Origin: a virus
Virus record (IMG/VR): IMGVR_UViG_3300045988_090152
Span: 1 to 29,263 of that record
DNA length: 29,263 nucleotides
Reading direction: 5' to 3' (one strand)
Of this stretch, positions 7,259-16,892 are shown piece by piece. Within the stretch, counting starts at the first letter, position 1. The number at the start of each line of letters is the position of its first letter. Both the position numbers and the translations under genes were made by a program. The notes beneath the pieces are model-generated. The model was not told the origin of the DNA and searched no databases. It saw only the letters and a program-made list of their open reading frames with translations.

Positions 7259-7329
7259 ATTTTGCAATGGTTTTACGTTAATTTACATATCTTTTTCTTA
7301 AAATATAAAAGACTATGTATATGTATTAA

Positions 7330-7359
7330 CATAAAAATAGGGAGAATAGAATCTCCCTA
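7330..7359 (-). terminator. rho-independent terminator after the receptor-binding cassette
   Basis: 8-bp stem 7338-7345 / 7352-7359 (TAGGGAGA / TCTCCCTA), 6-nt loop. On the minus strand it is followed by TTTTTATGTT. It begins 7 nt after the TAG stop at 7366-7368. Confidence 0.65.
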
Positions 7360-7365
7360 AATTTA

Positions 7366-8319
7366 CTATGCAGAAGCTAATGTCCAGTTCTTAGATGTAG
7401 CTAAAGCTTTTTGCTCTTCTGTAATAGTATTAAAGATAGTAGAATGGAATGTTATAGTTTGAGGATCTTTACCAGTTAAGTCAAGAACTCCATTAATAAT
7501 ATCTGTTATTGATTCGCTATTTAATGCTCTAAAATTAAATAAACTAAAACTTTTATCTGCACCTTCAATGCCTCCAAAATATGTAACATAACTATTTGCT
7601 GTACCACAAATAGCAGTATTACCTAAATTTCCAGATAAAGTAGCATTTGTTAATTTAATTTTCTCAACTCTAGTAATATAATCATAACTACTACTAAAAT
7701 AGTAATATAAACTTAATTGCCCATTAACTACTTCAACTTCAGGAATAATGCCATTTTCATTATTAGTTGAATAAAAAAAGAATTGCAAACTTGTAGTACC
7801 ATCTTCCTGTATATTAGTTATTTTTACTGAACTTGGAATACTTGTAGCTGAAAAAAATGTACGAGTTGAATACCCTCAGCTTGGACTATATTGATTAACT
7901 AACTCTATATTTCCTATAGTTCCTTTAAAATAAGAAAATGAATAGCTATTGCTTGCATCAAATTTTATATTATCAATTTTTACGTTAGTAGCATTTTCAA
8001 ATGCATAGTCTCCAGAATAGATAGTATCTAAGTTAATTTTATTTGATATATCAATAGGTTCTGGAAACTTAGCATCTCTAAAGAACGAAGGCATATTATT
8101 TGGAAGAGTATATTCAATATTACTATATTGTTCTACAGTAGTAGTAGCATTAGCAAATGTAAGTCCATAATCATTCAAATTAACCTTACCTCCTCCAGAT
8201 ATTTCTCCAATCTTTTCTGCATAACTTCTAAAGGTTGCAGTATCCTCAACAGCTGCATCTTTAATAGCACTCTTAGTGCCTTCAAGATACTCTAATTTAT
8301 CACTTATAGTATTTGCCAT
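7366..8319 (-). CDS. receptor-binding/tail-fibre-associated protein, LRR-like, paralogue 3 (317 aa, one TGA-Trp)
   Basis: Track ORFs 7876-8319 and 7366-7788 are in the same frame. The gap translates without TAA/TAG (W-GYSTRTFFSATSIPSSVKITNIQEDGTTS). C-terminal tail SITDIINGVLDLTGKDPQTITFHSTIFNTITEEQKALATSKNWTLASA is shared with 9220-10059 and 12809-13996. TAG stop. Confidence 0.7.
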
Positions 8320-8320
8320 A

Positions 8321-8989
8321 TTAGATTACCTCACCATTAATTGTATCAAGAGTAGTTGAGATAGTTCCGATTTGTGCCTGTAAAGCTTGAATAGCAGCTT
8401 CTAATTCTGAAACCTTAGCATTATATACTTCTAATGTTACATAATTAGATAGTTCCGATTTGTCTGCTTTATTTGCATCTAATGCCCCAACTTCCTTATC
8501 TAATGCATCAATCTTTAGTTCATCCTCTTCTTGCTTGCTTTCAATAGCTGTAATCTTAGAAGAATTGTTTCCAACTTCACTTTCAACAGATGCAAGTTCT
8601 TCTTTAGTAGCAAAATCCTCAGTACTTGGAATATCTGATTTGAGAGCATAGTTAGAAAGATCAATAGATAGATGTAAATCTTCACCCTCTCTATTAAATG
8701 ACATAGGAGAGTTTACTTGAAATACCTCCATCTTAGATGTTTCTAATTCAGTAATATCATTCTTAATTGGCTCTAACTTAGGTTCAAGTATAACATCCAA
8801 CTGAGAATTAATTTGCTCATCAATTATTTCAACAGCCTTATCTTCGGAAATGTAATTACCTTTAGGTTGAAATCTCGCATCTGCTTCAATCTTTGTATAA
8901 GAACCAACTGGAAGCTGAGCTGTCTCAATACCACATTTCTTACTAACATAGAAGGTCTGAGTATTCTTAGTATTCTTTAATATAATCAT
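8321..8989 (-). CDS. short tail fibre, coiled-coil (222 aa)
   Basis: The track start at 9016 is a TTG inside the upstream gene. The first ATG (8989) lies 7 nt after the upstream TAA. Contains LSIDLSNYALKSDIPS and heptad-like ELASVESEV...LEAAIQALQAQIG, a motif shared with the long fibre. Confidence 0.65.
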   Translation of the reverse strand: MIILKNTKNTQTFYVSKKCGIETAQLPVGSYTKIEADARFQPKGNYISEDKAVEIIDEQINSQLDVILEPKLEPIKNDITELETSKMEVFQVNSPMSFNREGEDLHLSIDLSNYALKSDIPSTEDFATKEELASVESEVGNNSSKITAIESKQEEDELKIDALDKEVGALDANKADKSELSNYVTLEVYNAKVSELEAAIQALQAQIGTISTTLDTINGEVI

Positions 8990-8996
8990 AGTTTTA

Positions 8997-9218
8997 TTAT
9001 TTAAGAGATTCTTCAATAGCCTTCTCAGCTTGTTCTTTATAAACCCTGTCTTGTTCCAGAGATATTTCTCTTAGATGAGTTAAATCGCAATCTAATGGAC
9101 AAATACACTCTTTAAATGAGTTATACCCTTTAATATCCATTTCGTCTTTATAGTTAGTCAGAAGCATACTATCTTCAGGCTTAACTACTTGATACTTTTC
9201 TTTAATTTCAACTTTCAT
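8997..9218 (-). CDS. 73-aa protein, paralogue of 12588-12809 (fibre chaperone/adaptor candidate)
   Basis: Shares with its paralogue [LI]T[NS]YK[DE]..DIK.Y.......CPL..D.......I..E....Y.KEQ.E. Same length and same position between an LRR gene and a fibre gene. Confidence 0.6.
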   Translation of the reverse strand: MKVEIKEKYQVVKPEDSMLLTNYKDEMDIKGYNSFKECICPLDCDLTHLREISLEQDRVYKEQAEKAIEESLK

Positions 9219-9219
9219 A

Positions 9220-10059
9220 TTAGTATGTTACTGACCAGCCTTTACTGGTGATTTGTGATTTTTGTTCCTCTGTTAATGAATTGTAAACAGTTTCATTCAA
9301 CTGAATTATTAAGTTATTATCTGTAGGATATAACCCATTTATAATATTATCTACAGACTGAGTAGTTAATGCAGGTAATTGAGATAAATCTAAGTTAAAA
9401 TCACTAGACTTTCCAATATTTAAAAAACCTCCCATATCAGTTAAATAGTTAAAAGGACCTGATGCAAATATATTCCTATAATCCTGTCACTTTTCTGCAT
9501 CGTATTGTGGTACTGATTCTAAAGATATACAACCTCTAAACATATAGTCTGTGGTTAATGCATTACTCGTATTTATATTTGGTGCGTTTTTTAAAGCACT
9601 ACAACCACTAAACATATAATGATATACATTAGCTATCTGATTATTAATATCTGGCACAGAAACTAAAGAGGAGCAGTTTTGAAACATTTGACTAAATTGA
9701 GTAAATCCAGACAATATATCAGGAACAATTTTTAAGTTACTACACCCATAAAATAAACCATTACCATTATTAATGTTTGCATTTGAAAAATAGGTCATAT
9801 CGGATACATCCTCAATAGAAGTGCTTTCGAATATACTATTATTACCTTTATACCAACTATTTACTGTACTTGCATCGCAATCAGTAATTTCATCTTGTCC
9901 AGGAAACAGATTATCTATAACTAACTGTTTAAACTCCAAACTTTTAAATACTATTGGAGTACAAATATTACTAGGCCAGACTTTGGTACTGCCCACATAA
10001 ATGGCAGTACCTTGTCTGTTACCTACATAAAAAGCTTTTAAATTATCTCGAATATTCAT
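9220..10059 (-). CDS. BspA/DUF285-type leucine-rich-repeat protein, paralogue 2 (279 aa, one TGA-Trp)
   Basis: Repeats LFYGCSNLKIVP / MFQNCSSLVSVP / MFSGCSALKNAP / MFRGCISLESVP. TGA 9487-9489 joins in frame to 9220-9435 (gap: W-QDYRNIFASGPFNYLTD). C-terminal SVDNIINGL...TEEQKSQITSKGWSVTY. Confidence 0.75.
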
Positions 10060-10060
10060 A

Positions 10061-12586
10061 TTACTCTACAATTAAATATTGAGTATTTGGATCTTTACTT
10101 GAAATAGCATCATATTCAGACTGAGTTACCACAAGAATAGTATGAACTTGTGGTTGAGTTCCACTTCCATAAGTAACTGGATTAGAAACACTCTCAATAT
10201 CTATATTTCCACTACCTAACAAGCTTTCTCCATTAACTGTCTTGATATTCGTACCACTAACTAATTGTTCCTGATAATTATGGTAACTCTTATCTACAGA
10301 AACTCCAGTTGGAGTAATCTGAGCAGTAACTAAAGTATGATTAGTTGTACCAGATTCAAAATGGAATGTAGCTTGAATATTAGAACCACTGGCAAATACT
10401 ACTTCTGGAGTACATAAATCATTATAACCCAGAATATTGACATAATATAGATTAAATGGAGTTTTATTACTAATTGCATTAAATACAGCATTAAAGTCTC
10501 CACTTAAATGAGTCGTATCATTTATAACTAAATAAGGAATAGATGAACCTCCATCTATAACTATATTACCTTCTCCTAATATATCTTGGTCATTAATAGT
10601 CTTAATATTTGTTCCAGATACTAGTTTCTCTTGGTAGTCAAATGTTAAATCTTGAGTAGTTACAGATGTAGAGCTAATTGTTGCTATATGCAGTCTATGT
10701 ATTCCAGAAGCTTCTGAATGAAAAGCTGCACTAATATTAGCACCTGAGATACCAAACATTTCAGCAGCTATAAAGTAGAAACTTAACTCTCCATATAAAT
10801 ATATATTGCAGGGTTTATTTTCTTGAATACTCTTATATACTGCGTCAAAGTCTCCATAAGCAATTCTACTTGGATAGATTACTAAATAAGGTATTTCTGC
10901 ATCAATAGTAATATTTCCCTCTCCAAGTAAAGATTCATTATTGATAGTCTTGATGTTAGTGCCACTAACAAGAGTATCTTGTTTAGTAGCTATCTCTTTA
11001 TCAAGAGAATCAATCTTTTCGCCATTCTCTGCAACTGTACTCTTTAAAGTACTAATATCTGTACTATTAGTAGCTACTTCTCCAGATAAAGATTCAACTG
11101 TAGTAGAATCGGCTTTAAGAGCTAATTGTTCATCTACATATTGCTTATCTGCTTTATTTGCTAAATCTCCAGATACTTCAGCTTCAGTTACAAACTGGGA
11201 ATCATTCTCTAATTCACTAACTTTAGTTGGAAGTTCACTCTTTAAAGCATAAGTAGATAAATCTACAGATAATTGGGATTTATCTTCATTAAAAGCTAAT
11301 GGAGCTTGTGGAGTAAATACTCCTTGTTTTTCCTCAAGTTTGGCATCTACTTCTTCTTTAGTATATCCTTTATTAGTAAGATCAACCTCAGTAACTTTAA
11401 CAGTCATATTACCATTATTTACTAAGATTGCATTAATAACTACTAATACACCATTATCTTGGAAATAATAACCATATAAATCAATAGTTTCAGGATGTTC
11501 AATAGTTGCAACAGGAATAACTATAATATCACCTTTATATGTAATCTGGCAGAATAAATAGAAGTCCAGATTAGTTCTAATAAAGTCATAGATATGTTTC
11601 TGTCTTACAGGATCATTCTCATCTAAATTAAGTAAGAAATGATTCTCAAAAGCAGAGATTACATTATCTATAATAGATATATTCTTTCCTGCTGTAAGCG
11701 TTTCCTGTTTTGAAGCTATCTCTTTATTAATAGCTGTATTTAAAGCATCAATTTCAGCTTTGGTATATTTATCTGTTAATTGTGCATATAGAGGACCATT
11801 AACCATACCAGCTTGATTAGTCTCTGTATTATATATTGGAAGTTCAACTGCTTCTCCAGTTTGATTACCAAATACAGGAGCTAAAGTAACTTTAGATGGG
11901 ACTGATTGAATATTAATGGCAGGTACTATTGAAGCTGCTCCAGATAATTCAGTTCCATTTAAAGATGGTTTGTTACGAATAGTATTATAATCTGCAGAAA
12001 CAGTATTCTCTTCAATTACTATACCATCACCTTGGTTTAATTTATTCTGTTTAGAATTTAATGCACTTTCAGTAGCTTCTTTTGTAAGATAATTATCTTC
12101 AACTCATTTTTCAGTAGCATATCCATCTAAGCTGCTAATAAACCCACTATCATTAGTTAATTGTGAAGTCTTTGTAGGTATCTCAGATTTATCGGCTTTA
12201 TTGGCAACTGCATCTGAAATTTCAGTTGTAACCTCTTCTTTAGTTGGATAATCAGCTAATCGTTCAGTTATCTGATTATCAATATTTTCAGCACTTGGAA
12301 TAGTACTCTTTATTTGCTCTAACTCAGAATTAATAGTAACAATATCTTCAGATGACGCTAATCCCAACTCTTCTGAAGTCATATTACCATTTAACTCAAT
12401 ACTATTGATCTCAGGTTTATCCTGAAGATCAAAATAGCTATTAGTAGCTAACTGAGAACCATCCATAACCTTAACTTCATCATCCTTGTCAATAACAATA
12501 ACTTTAGTCACATTTGACTTATCTATTGTTTCAACTTCAAGGACATTAAGATAAGGAAGAATTGTCTTTTCAGTTTCGTTTGCCAT
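10061..12586 (-). CDS. long tail fibre (841 aa, one TGA-Trp)
   Basis: Track ORFs 12104-12586 and 10061-11806 are in the same frame. I translated the 297-nt gap and found no TAA/TAG (W-VEDNYLTKEATESALNSKQNKLNQGDGIVIEENTVSADYNTIRNKPSLNGTELSG...). Coiled-coil-like ANKADK segments and three LVSGTNIKT[IV]N..[SD][LI]LG.GNI motifs. Confidence 0.8.
10193..10972 (-). repeat. tandem ~116-120-aa protein modules inside the long fibre
   Basis: LVSGTNIKTINNESLLGEGNITID, LVSGTNIKTINDQDILGEGNIVID and LVSGTNIKTVNGESLLGSGNIDIE bracket two homologous modules (IPYLVIYPS...GDFDAVYKSI... and IPYLVINDT...GDFNAVFNAI...). They are diverged at the nucleotide level. Confidence 0.7.
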
Positions 12587-12587
12587 A

Positions 12588-12809
12588 TTATTTATTTTTA
12601 TAAGATTCCTCTTGTTCTTTTAAATATCTTTCATTTGTTTCTGCATCAATAACCCTATAAATAGATATATCAAAGGTTAAAGGGCAATATAAAATAGTTG
12701 ATGCACTATACTCTTTAATATCATCACCTTCTTTATATGAGGTGATAAAATATCCTTCATCAGAGTATAACTTTATAAATATGCTAGTCTCAATATGTAA
12801 ATGTTCCAT
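12588..12809 (-). CDS. 73-aa protein, paralogue of 8997-9218
   Basis: ATG 12809-12807 overlaps the upstream TAA (TAATG). See the paralogue motif under 8997-9218. Confidence 0.6.
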   Translation of the reverse strand: MEHLHIETSIFIKLYSDEGYFITSYKEGDDIKEYSASTILYCPLTFDISIYRVIDAETNERYLKEQEESYKNK

Positions 12810-13996
12810 TATGCTAATATCCAGTTTTTATTAGTAGCTATTGCTTTCTGTTCATCTGATAATTTTGCCAGATTGGTAGCTCCTAATGTTAAAGTTTTGC
12901 TATTCTCCCCTGTTAAATCAACTAATGCATTAATAACAGACATTAAAGAATCAGTAGTAAGATTGGTACTTGCTGATAGATATAATCCTGCTCTAAGTTC
13001 ACCGTTTACTGTAATATTAGTAATTCCACTACATTTTGAAAATATAGGATTTATTGAACTTTCTTGAGATGTGTATGATGGAATGTTTAATGTTACATCT
13101 GTTAATCTAATGCAATCTCCAAACATATTAGTAGTAGTTACTAATTTAGGAGCGTCTAAATTAAGTGTTTTCAGGCTATTATATCCAGATAAGGTACCTC
13201 TGCTAAACATATTAGACCCATCTGTTAATTCAGGCATTGGAATAGTGAATGATGTTAAATCAGCACATTCTGTAAACATATATCTGCCATCTTCTAATTT
13301 AGGCAATTGCATAGTGAACTCCTTAATTTTTGATCTTTGACATTTATATCTTCCATCAACTAAATTTTCTCAACCTACAACATTTGCAGGAACAGATGTT
13401 CCCGTAAACCTATATAAATTAACTACAGCTTGTGTAATATCATAGGTATTCATTGGATTCGTAACATTAACAGTTACATCAATAAACTCCATATAATCAT
13501 ATCCATCTGCAGGATGAATCATTGTAGTTCCATTCTCTGTAATAGTAACTTCTCTATGCTCCTCAACTGGAATCTCCACATCTACTTCAATACTTGATAA
13601 ACCTTGATAGCCAGCATCAGGTTTAACTTCAGTCATTGATAGGTTTTTATCTATTGTTATATGTTTCTCTTGTAAAGTTGGAGTTGGTACTGGAACATTT
13701 ATTTGTGCAGAAACCTTCTCCATAACATCATAGTCTGGATCAGGTAAAATATCTATTAATCCGTTAGATGTAATTGTAATCTCTTTAGTAGCTTGTACTG
13801 TAGGAACAACAACATCAACAGATACATTTACTTTCGACATACCATCATAACCCTCATCTGGAGTTACAACGAACTCAGCATTCTGAGTATATTCTACAGA
13901 CTTCTCCTGTAATTTACATTCTTGAGCAGCTAAAGCTTCAATATCTCTTGAAGTTGTATTCTTTGCTACTTCTGGTGTTGTATATTTAATAGCCAT
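12809..13996 (-). CDS. receptor-binding protein: four Ig-like tandem repeats plus BspA-type LRR, paralogue 1 (395 aa, one TGA-Trp)
   Basis: Track ORFs 13370-13996 and 12809-13312 are in the same frame (gap: W-ENLVDGRYKCQRSKIKEFT). LRR-like MFTECADLTSFTIP / MFSRGT...LKTLNL / MFGDCIRLTDVTL. C-terminal SLMSVINALVDLTGENSKTLTLGATNLAKLSDEQKAIATNKNWILA. Confidence 0.75.
13463..13912 (-). repeat. four tandem ~38-40-aa protein repeats
   Basis: LQEKSVEYTQNAEFVVTPDEGYDGMSKVNVSVDVVVP / TVQATKEITITSNGLIDILPDPDYDVMEKVSAQINVPVP / LQEKHITIDKNLSMTEVKPDAGYQGLSSIEVDVEIP / EHREVTITENGTTMIHPADGYDYMEFIDVTVNV. Confidence 0.75.
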
Positions 13997-14030
13997 TTTC
14001 TATAAAATATAAATAGTTAATTATCTGTCC

Positions 14031-14070
14031 ATAAACAAAATAAGGGGCAAGTAAATTAATACTCGCCCCT
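14031..14070 (-). terminator. rho-independent terminator after the capsid/tail-tube-like genes
   Basis: On the minus-strand RNA: 11-bp stem (AGGGGCGAGTA / TACTTGCCCCT, one G-U), 6-nt loop, then TTATTTTGTTTA. Starts 10 nt after TAA 14080-14082. Confidence 0.7.
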
Positions 14071-14079
14071 CTTCTGTTG

Positions 14080-14604
14080 TTAAGCACCTACAACACTTTG
14101 AATAGCTTCAGCACTCAACTCATAAGGATATGATTCAGAGTCAGTAGCTAAAGTCAGCGTATAAGCGTTCTGATCACCTTTTGCAGTACCAGTAACACCC
14201 GTACCAGCGGAAGCGCTTACATAGTCATCTTTTCCTAAGAACCAGTATTTGCCATTAGAATCTTCTACAACAACTACAAGTTGTCCAATAGAAAGAGCAG
14301 CAATCTCGATTCTTTTCTTAGTCTCCATCTTTGTAAATACAAGAGCAAGCTCATTACTTACATAGTTGGTTCCTGCAGTTTCGTCAACGTTCAATGTTGA
14401 GGTTAGAGAACCAGTACCTTTGCGGAATTGGTAATTATACCATTTAGCATCTGATTCAAGAGTAATAGCTGAGATTTGATTAGTCTCATCATCTACAGTT
14501 ACACTCTTAACATTATCGTACTGAGTAATTCATACCTGTTTGATACCACCAAGCGAAGATTCGCAATCCAGGGTAATACCAGCGATAGTTATTAAACAAG
14601 CCAT
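14080..14604 (-). CDS. abundant virion protein, tail-tube/major-tail-like (174 aa, one TGA-Trp)
   Basis: ATG 14604: MACLITIAGITLDCESSLGGIKQV-W-ITQYDNVKSVTVDDETNQISAITLESDAKWYNYQFRKGTGSLTSTLNVDETAG..., joining the track ORF 14080-14394 (whose M is a TTG). TGA 14530-14532 is codon 25. Lies directly after the capsid gene and before a strong terminator. The function call is tentative. Confidence 0.6.
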
Positions 14605-14642
14605 ATAATTTCAATCTTATTTAAAGTTAAACTCTATTGAAA

Positions 14643-15548
14643 TTAGGCTTTGGCACCAAGAACTACCTCATCAGGGAATGCAACCTGTACACCAGCGTTA
14701 AATTCAATAGCTAATCTAAATTCGCGGAAATCTTGTGAATACCACAATTCAAACTTCTCTTCATCGTTCATCATATCGCAACCATAGAAGAAGTTCTTAT
14801 CTAACTGACCAGCAACAATCTTATCAGTTCCATTAAGACCATTAACAGCGATTACTTTAACCTGCGAACCAGGAAGCATAATCTCACCATTAAGATTCTC
14901 ACCACTATAGTGGTAGTAGTTCTTAGCAACTAACTCCTGGATAAATTTACGGAAAGTATCACTGCCAACTAAGATAGAAGCACCATCCAGAACCTTCTCA
15001 GGAATAGCGTTATAAACAGCCATAATGTCATCATAAGCAGATGCTCCAGTAATTACTACATCAACAACCCCATCAGCAGCACCAAGGATCTTTAACAGAC
15101 CATCAAAATACTTCAGGTTATTTGTTTCAGAAGCAGTATCACCCTGCCAAATAGCAGTCTCAATAGCAGCCTTAACATTCTCAACTACTGCATTTACGAA
15201 ATCCTCTTCAAAAGGAAGCGTCTTCTGACCAGCAGCTACTCGTACTTGATACTGAGTCCAGTATTTAAGCATCTCTTTATCACAATATGCCATATTGATC
15301 TTAATATTACCAGTAGCTAGAATTCTCTGAGAAAGAGTCTGAGTTCCAGCTTCATCCCAACCACAAGCTAGGCCATCGCCAAACTGAATAGCAGTTGATA
15401 ACAGGTTAAGAGCAGCACTAGTTTTGATGTCAGTTTGAAGATTGAACAACGAAGCACTCTTAGCCTTTAATACAGCCTCTTTAATAAGAGGAAGACGTCT
15501 CTGCTCTACATAAGCAGTAAGACTAGTCATTACAGGACTATTTGCCAT
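14643..15548 (-). CDS. major capsid protein (HK97-fold type, 301 aa)
   Basis: Uninterrupted ORF directly downstream of the protease-like and scaffold-like genes. Size and overall sequence character fit small major capsid proteins. No TGA. Confidence 0.65.
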   Translation of the reverse strand: MANSPVMTSLTAYVEQRRLPLIKEAVLKAKSASLFNLQTDIKTSAALNLLSTAIQFGDGLACGWDEAGTQTLSQRILATGNIKINMAYCDKEMLKYWTQYQVRVAAGQKTLPFEEDFVNAVVENVKAAIETAIWQGDTASETNNLKYFDGLLKILGAADGVVDVVITGASAYDDIMAVYNAIPEKVLDGASILVGSDTFRKFIQELVAKNYYHYSGENLNGEIMLPGSQVKVIAVNGLNGTDKIVAGQLDKNFFYGCDMMNDEEKFELWYSQDFREFRLAIEFNAGVQVAFPDEVVLGAKA

Positions 15549-15570
15549 AATTTTATAAATAATTTAATAA

Positions 15571-16173
15571 TTAACCAATAAAGTTTTTAAGCTTTTTATC
15601 AATAACAGGATTGCCAGTCATTATTGAAGCTTTACCTTCTATCTGTTCCTCAGCTGAAAATGCAGCACTCATTTTGCTCATCTTTTCAACCGTCTTTTCT
15701 GTAGCTTCAGATTTACCCTCTAATTCAGCTACTTTCTTAACAAGCTTATCAACAATGTCATAAAGCTCATTAATTTCGCGATGAATTGCATCAATTGCAT
15801 CAGTTACAGTTTCTTTATCTCCATCAGTAGCTACTTCAGGATCAACTGGCTCTTCAGCAGTTTCTACCTTGCGTTTTCCACAAGCAGCATCAACTTCTGC
15901 TTTAGCTGCTTCTTCTGGATCAACCTCAGCTTTAGGATCAGTTACAGACTCTACTTTACCGTCTTTAACAACAATCGTCTTTCCATCCTCAGTTACATAC
16001 TCACCATCCTCAGCAGGTTTGTATTCTCCGTTCTCATCCTGAACATATACATCCATACCAGCGCGTAAGTCTTCATCTGAATCCCAAGTAAGTACTGCCT
16101 TATCAGTTTTAATATCACTGAACTTTGCAAGCATTTTAGCCAATTCAAGCTTGATTCTTGTGAATTTGCTCAT
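15571..16173 (-). CDS. scaffolding-like protein (200 aa, acidic, helical)
   Basis: Highly acidic and Lys/Glu-rich with coiled-coil-like C-terminus. Lies between the protease-like and capsid genes. Confidence 0.55.
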   Translation of the reverse strand: MSKFTRIKLELAKMLAKFSDIKTDKAVLTWDSDEDLRAGMDVYVQDENGEYKPAEDGEYVTEDGKTIVVKDGKVESVTDPKAEVDPEEAAKAEVDAACGKRKVETAEEPVDPEVATDGDKETVTDAIDAIHREINELYDIVDKLVKKVAELEGKSEATEKTVEKMSKMSAAFSAEEQIEGKASIMTGNPVIDKKLKNFIG

Positions 16174-16186
16174 TTAATTAATAATT

Positions 16187-16780
16187 TTAATGTTTAACTC
16201 TTTTTATCTTCTTAATCATATTAAGGATCTCTTTTATTTCGTCATATTCATCAGACTTTCTCTCTAAAGTAAATAAACCTTCAATTGAGAACCCTTTAAA
16301 CTTACCAGCTTTAATTGCATCCCAAATAACTTGATTATCTACTTTATAAGTGGCAAATAAAGAACCATCAGGAACATCCTGGAATTCAACTGGAGATATT
16401 CCTCTATTAATATCCTTTACATAGATTTCTTGTAGAGTAATTCCATTTAAATCAGAATCTTCTAAATGTTCAATATTTACATCTGTAGTTCTCTTATCAT
16501 ACAGCATCTTCTCTGCCATTTTACGAAGAGTTTCCTTATCATACTGTATGTAGTATTCTCCGAGTTTCTCATCTCGTCTGAAAATTGGAGTATCACTTAA
16601 CATTAAGCAAGATGTTACTAAATGCTTATCTTCATCCATCGAGAACTTCTGAGAATTACTAAAAGCAACCCAGTTAACTTGTGTAGCTGGTTTGCTTGTT
16701 AAAGCAACATATTCTATTCCATCACAATCATCAGTAATCACTGCCTGAAATAATGGAAGATCATTATAAGTAATTTCCAT
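16187..16780 (-). CDS. putative prohead protease (XkdF/Peptidase_S78_2-like)
   Basis: 197-aa ORF immediately upstream of scaffold and capsid. The VNIEHLEDSD...QEIYV and SIEG segments recall XkdF-like proteins (recollection only). Confidence 0.45.
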   Translation of the reverse strand: MEITYNDLPLFQAVITDDCDGIEYVALTSKPATQVNWVAFSNSQKFSMDEDKHLVTSCLMLSDTPIFRRDEKLGEYYIQYDKETLRKMAEKMLYDKRTTDVNIEHLEDSDLNGITLQEIYVKDINRGISPVEFQDVPDGSLFATYKVDNQVIWDAIKAGKFKGFSIEGLFTLERKSDEYDEIKEILNMIKKIKRVKH

Positions 16781-16833
16781 TTTTATTAATATATAGCACT
16801 TTATAAATTTGTAATATTTTTAGAATATCTAAT

Positions 16834-16881
16834 GTAACCTTTTTACTCATATTTTGTAGTTAATAAGAATAAAAAAGTTAC
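16834..16881 (+). repeat. 48-nt conserved intergenic element, copy B
   Basis: GTAACCTTTTTACTCATATTTTGTAGTTAATAAGAATAAAAAAGTTAC, located between the TAG stop of the tape-measure-like gene (16893) and ATG 16780. Confidence 0.7.
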
Positions 16882-16892
16882 ATTAAACATTT

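Noticed and set aside
10193-13912. Diversity-generating retroelement (template/variable repeat) behind the repeated fibre modules
   Set aside because: The repeats are diverged at all codon positions rather than at adenine-specific sites. No near-identical nucleotide repeat pair and no reverse transcriptase gene is present in the window.
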